Source: Bdellovibrionales bacterium (lineage in GTDB: Bacteria; Pseudomonadota; Alphaproteobacteria; UBA9219). From it: a DNA stretch of 35,088 bases. Location: assembly GCA_050252315.1 (NCBI GenBank), contig JBFWLD010000001.1, positions 1 to 35,088 on the forward strand, read 5' to 3'. The stretch's first letter is position 1. Each line of letters starts with the position of its first letter. Made by a program: the position numbers and the translations under genes. The notes below the pieces were generated by a model. The model saw only the letters and a program-made list of their open reading frames with translations, was not told where the DNA came from and searched no databases. Shown piece by piece: positions 34,771 to 35,088 of this stretch.

Positions 34771-35088
34771 CTATCTGCCAACGCGTGGCACAATCAGTTT
34801 TGTGAATCCAGCATCGGGATAGATGAACAGGTTGTTGAAATGCCCGCACAGGGACTTGCGGGCGCGGTAGCCGTTCACACGGCGCAGCATGCCGAGATAG
34901 CTGGTGACGGACTCGCCCAGTTTTACGAGGCCTTGCGTCTCCAATGGGCAGCCCTTATGTTCCCATGCAGCGATCTTCTGCTTGCAACGTGCAACCGACA
35001 TGTTGCGTAGATAGGTTCGATTGGGCTTGATGACAAAGCCGACAAAATCAATCCCCTGCGCGGCAGGGTGTAACTTCTTCTTGTGTGG
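34771..35088 (-). CDS. Reverse transcriptase, C-terminal part only (5' end beyond the right edge)
   Basis: The frame of track ORF 34771..35001 stays open upstream to the window end: PHKKKLHPAAQGIDFVGFVIKPNRTYLRNMSVARCKQKIAAWEHKG...VTSYLGMLRRVNGYRARKSLCGHF. The block HP-x(n)-G-I-x-F-[LV]-G-F marks the end of the RT palm and the entry to the thumb in group II intron, DGR and related RTs. Motifs 1-6 (YxDD) are outside the window. Confidence 0.6.
   Translation of the reverse strand, partial: PHKKKLHPAAQGIDFVGFVIKPNRTYLRNMSVARCKQKIAAWEHKGCPLETQGLVKLGESVTSYLGMLRRVNGYRARKSLCGHFNNLFIYPDAGFTKLIVPRVGR

Noticed and set aside
35010-35030. GGTTCGATTGGG resembling a tRNA T-arm, as a possible integration-site tRNA
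   Set aside because: There is no complementary T-stem, acceptor arm or anticodon arm around it, and it lies inside the RT coding frame.
33100-35088. DGR template/variable repeat pair
   Set aside because: I could not find any 60-150 bp imperfect repeat between the RT trailer and the 3' ends of the neighbouring genes. No C-type-lectin-like target gene is visible. The rest of any DGR would lie outside the window, so this is unresolved rather than excluded.

Overview
This looks like a chromosomal segment of a flagellated alphaproteobacterium. That is inferred from gene content and synteny: fliX divergent from flgI-cheL/flgJ-flbY-like, a Cys-poor DksA, and a TIGR02302-like protein after lysA. All family calls come from motif recognition by eye; no searches or folding programs were run.

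Bases 1 to about 26200 are housekeeping:
- rodZ-like gene (partial, missing from the ORF track), a DUF1189-like membrane protein and dapF
- divergent UDG-family gene, Slt-type lytic transglycosylase, SRP RNA (ffs), dnaX-ybaB-recR
- an exported hypothetical, dksA and fliX on the minus strand
- a sigma-54-driven flgI-flgJ(cheL)-flbY-like-fliK-flgD cluster
- small lipoprotein-lysA-TIGR02302-like-DUF167
- a full branched-chain amino-acid block, ilvA-ridA-ilvIH-ilvC, terminator, ilvD

From about 26.2 kb the content becomes accessory:
- a signal-peptide-bearing inorganic pyrophosphatase
- an XRE-headed NitT/TauT-type ABC importer, with a divergent paralogue of its binding protein that lacks a signal peptide
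- an orphan family-3 binding protein, a TrmB-like regulator and a DUF606/DMT protein
- a sharply low-GC cassette of zinc-ribbon membrane proteins, next to a broken XRE gene and the 3' end of a reverse-transcriptase gene that runs off the right edge

No rRNA, tRNA, CRISPR array or transposase was seen.

Best leads:
1. The RT tail, broken XRE gene and low-GC zinc-ribbon/TM cassette (33.1-35.1 kb)
2. A 33-codon Ile/Val/Leu-rich mini-ORF just upstream of ilvA
3. A strongly self-complementary element of about 163 nt in the dapF/udg divergent spacer
4. The binding-protein paralogue without a signal peptide, and the palindromic operator next to it
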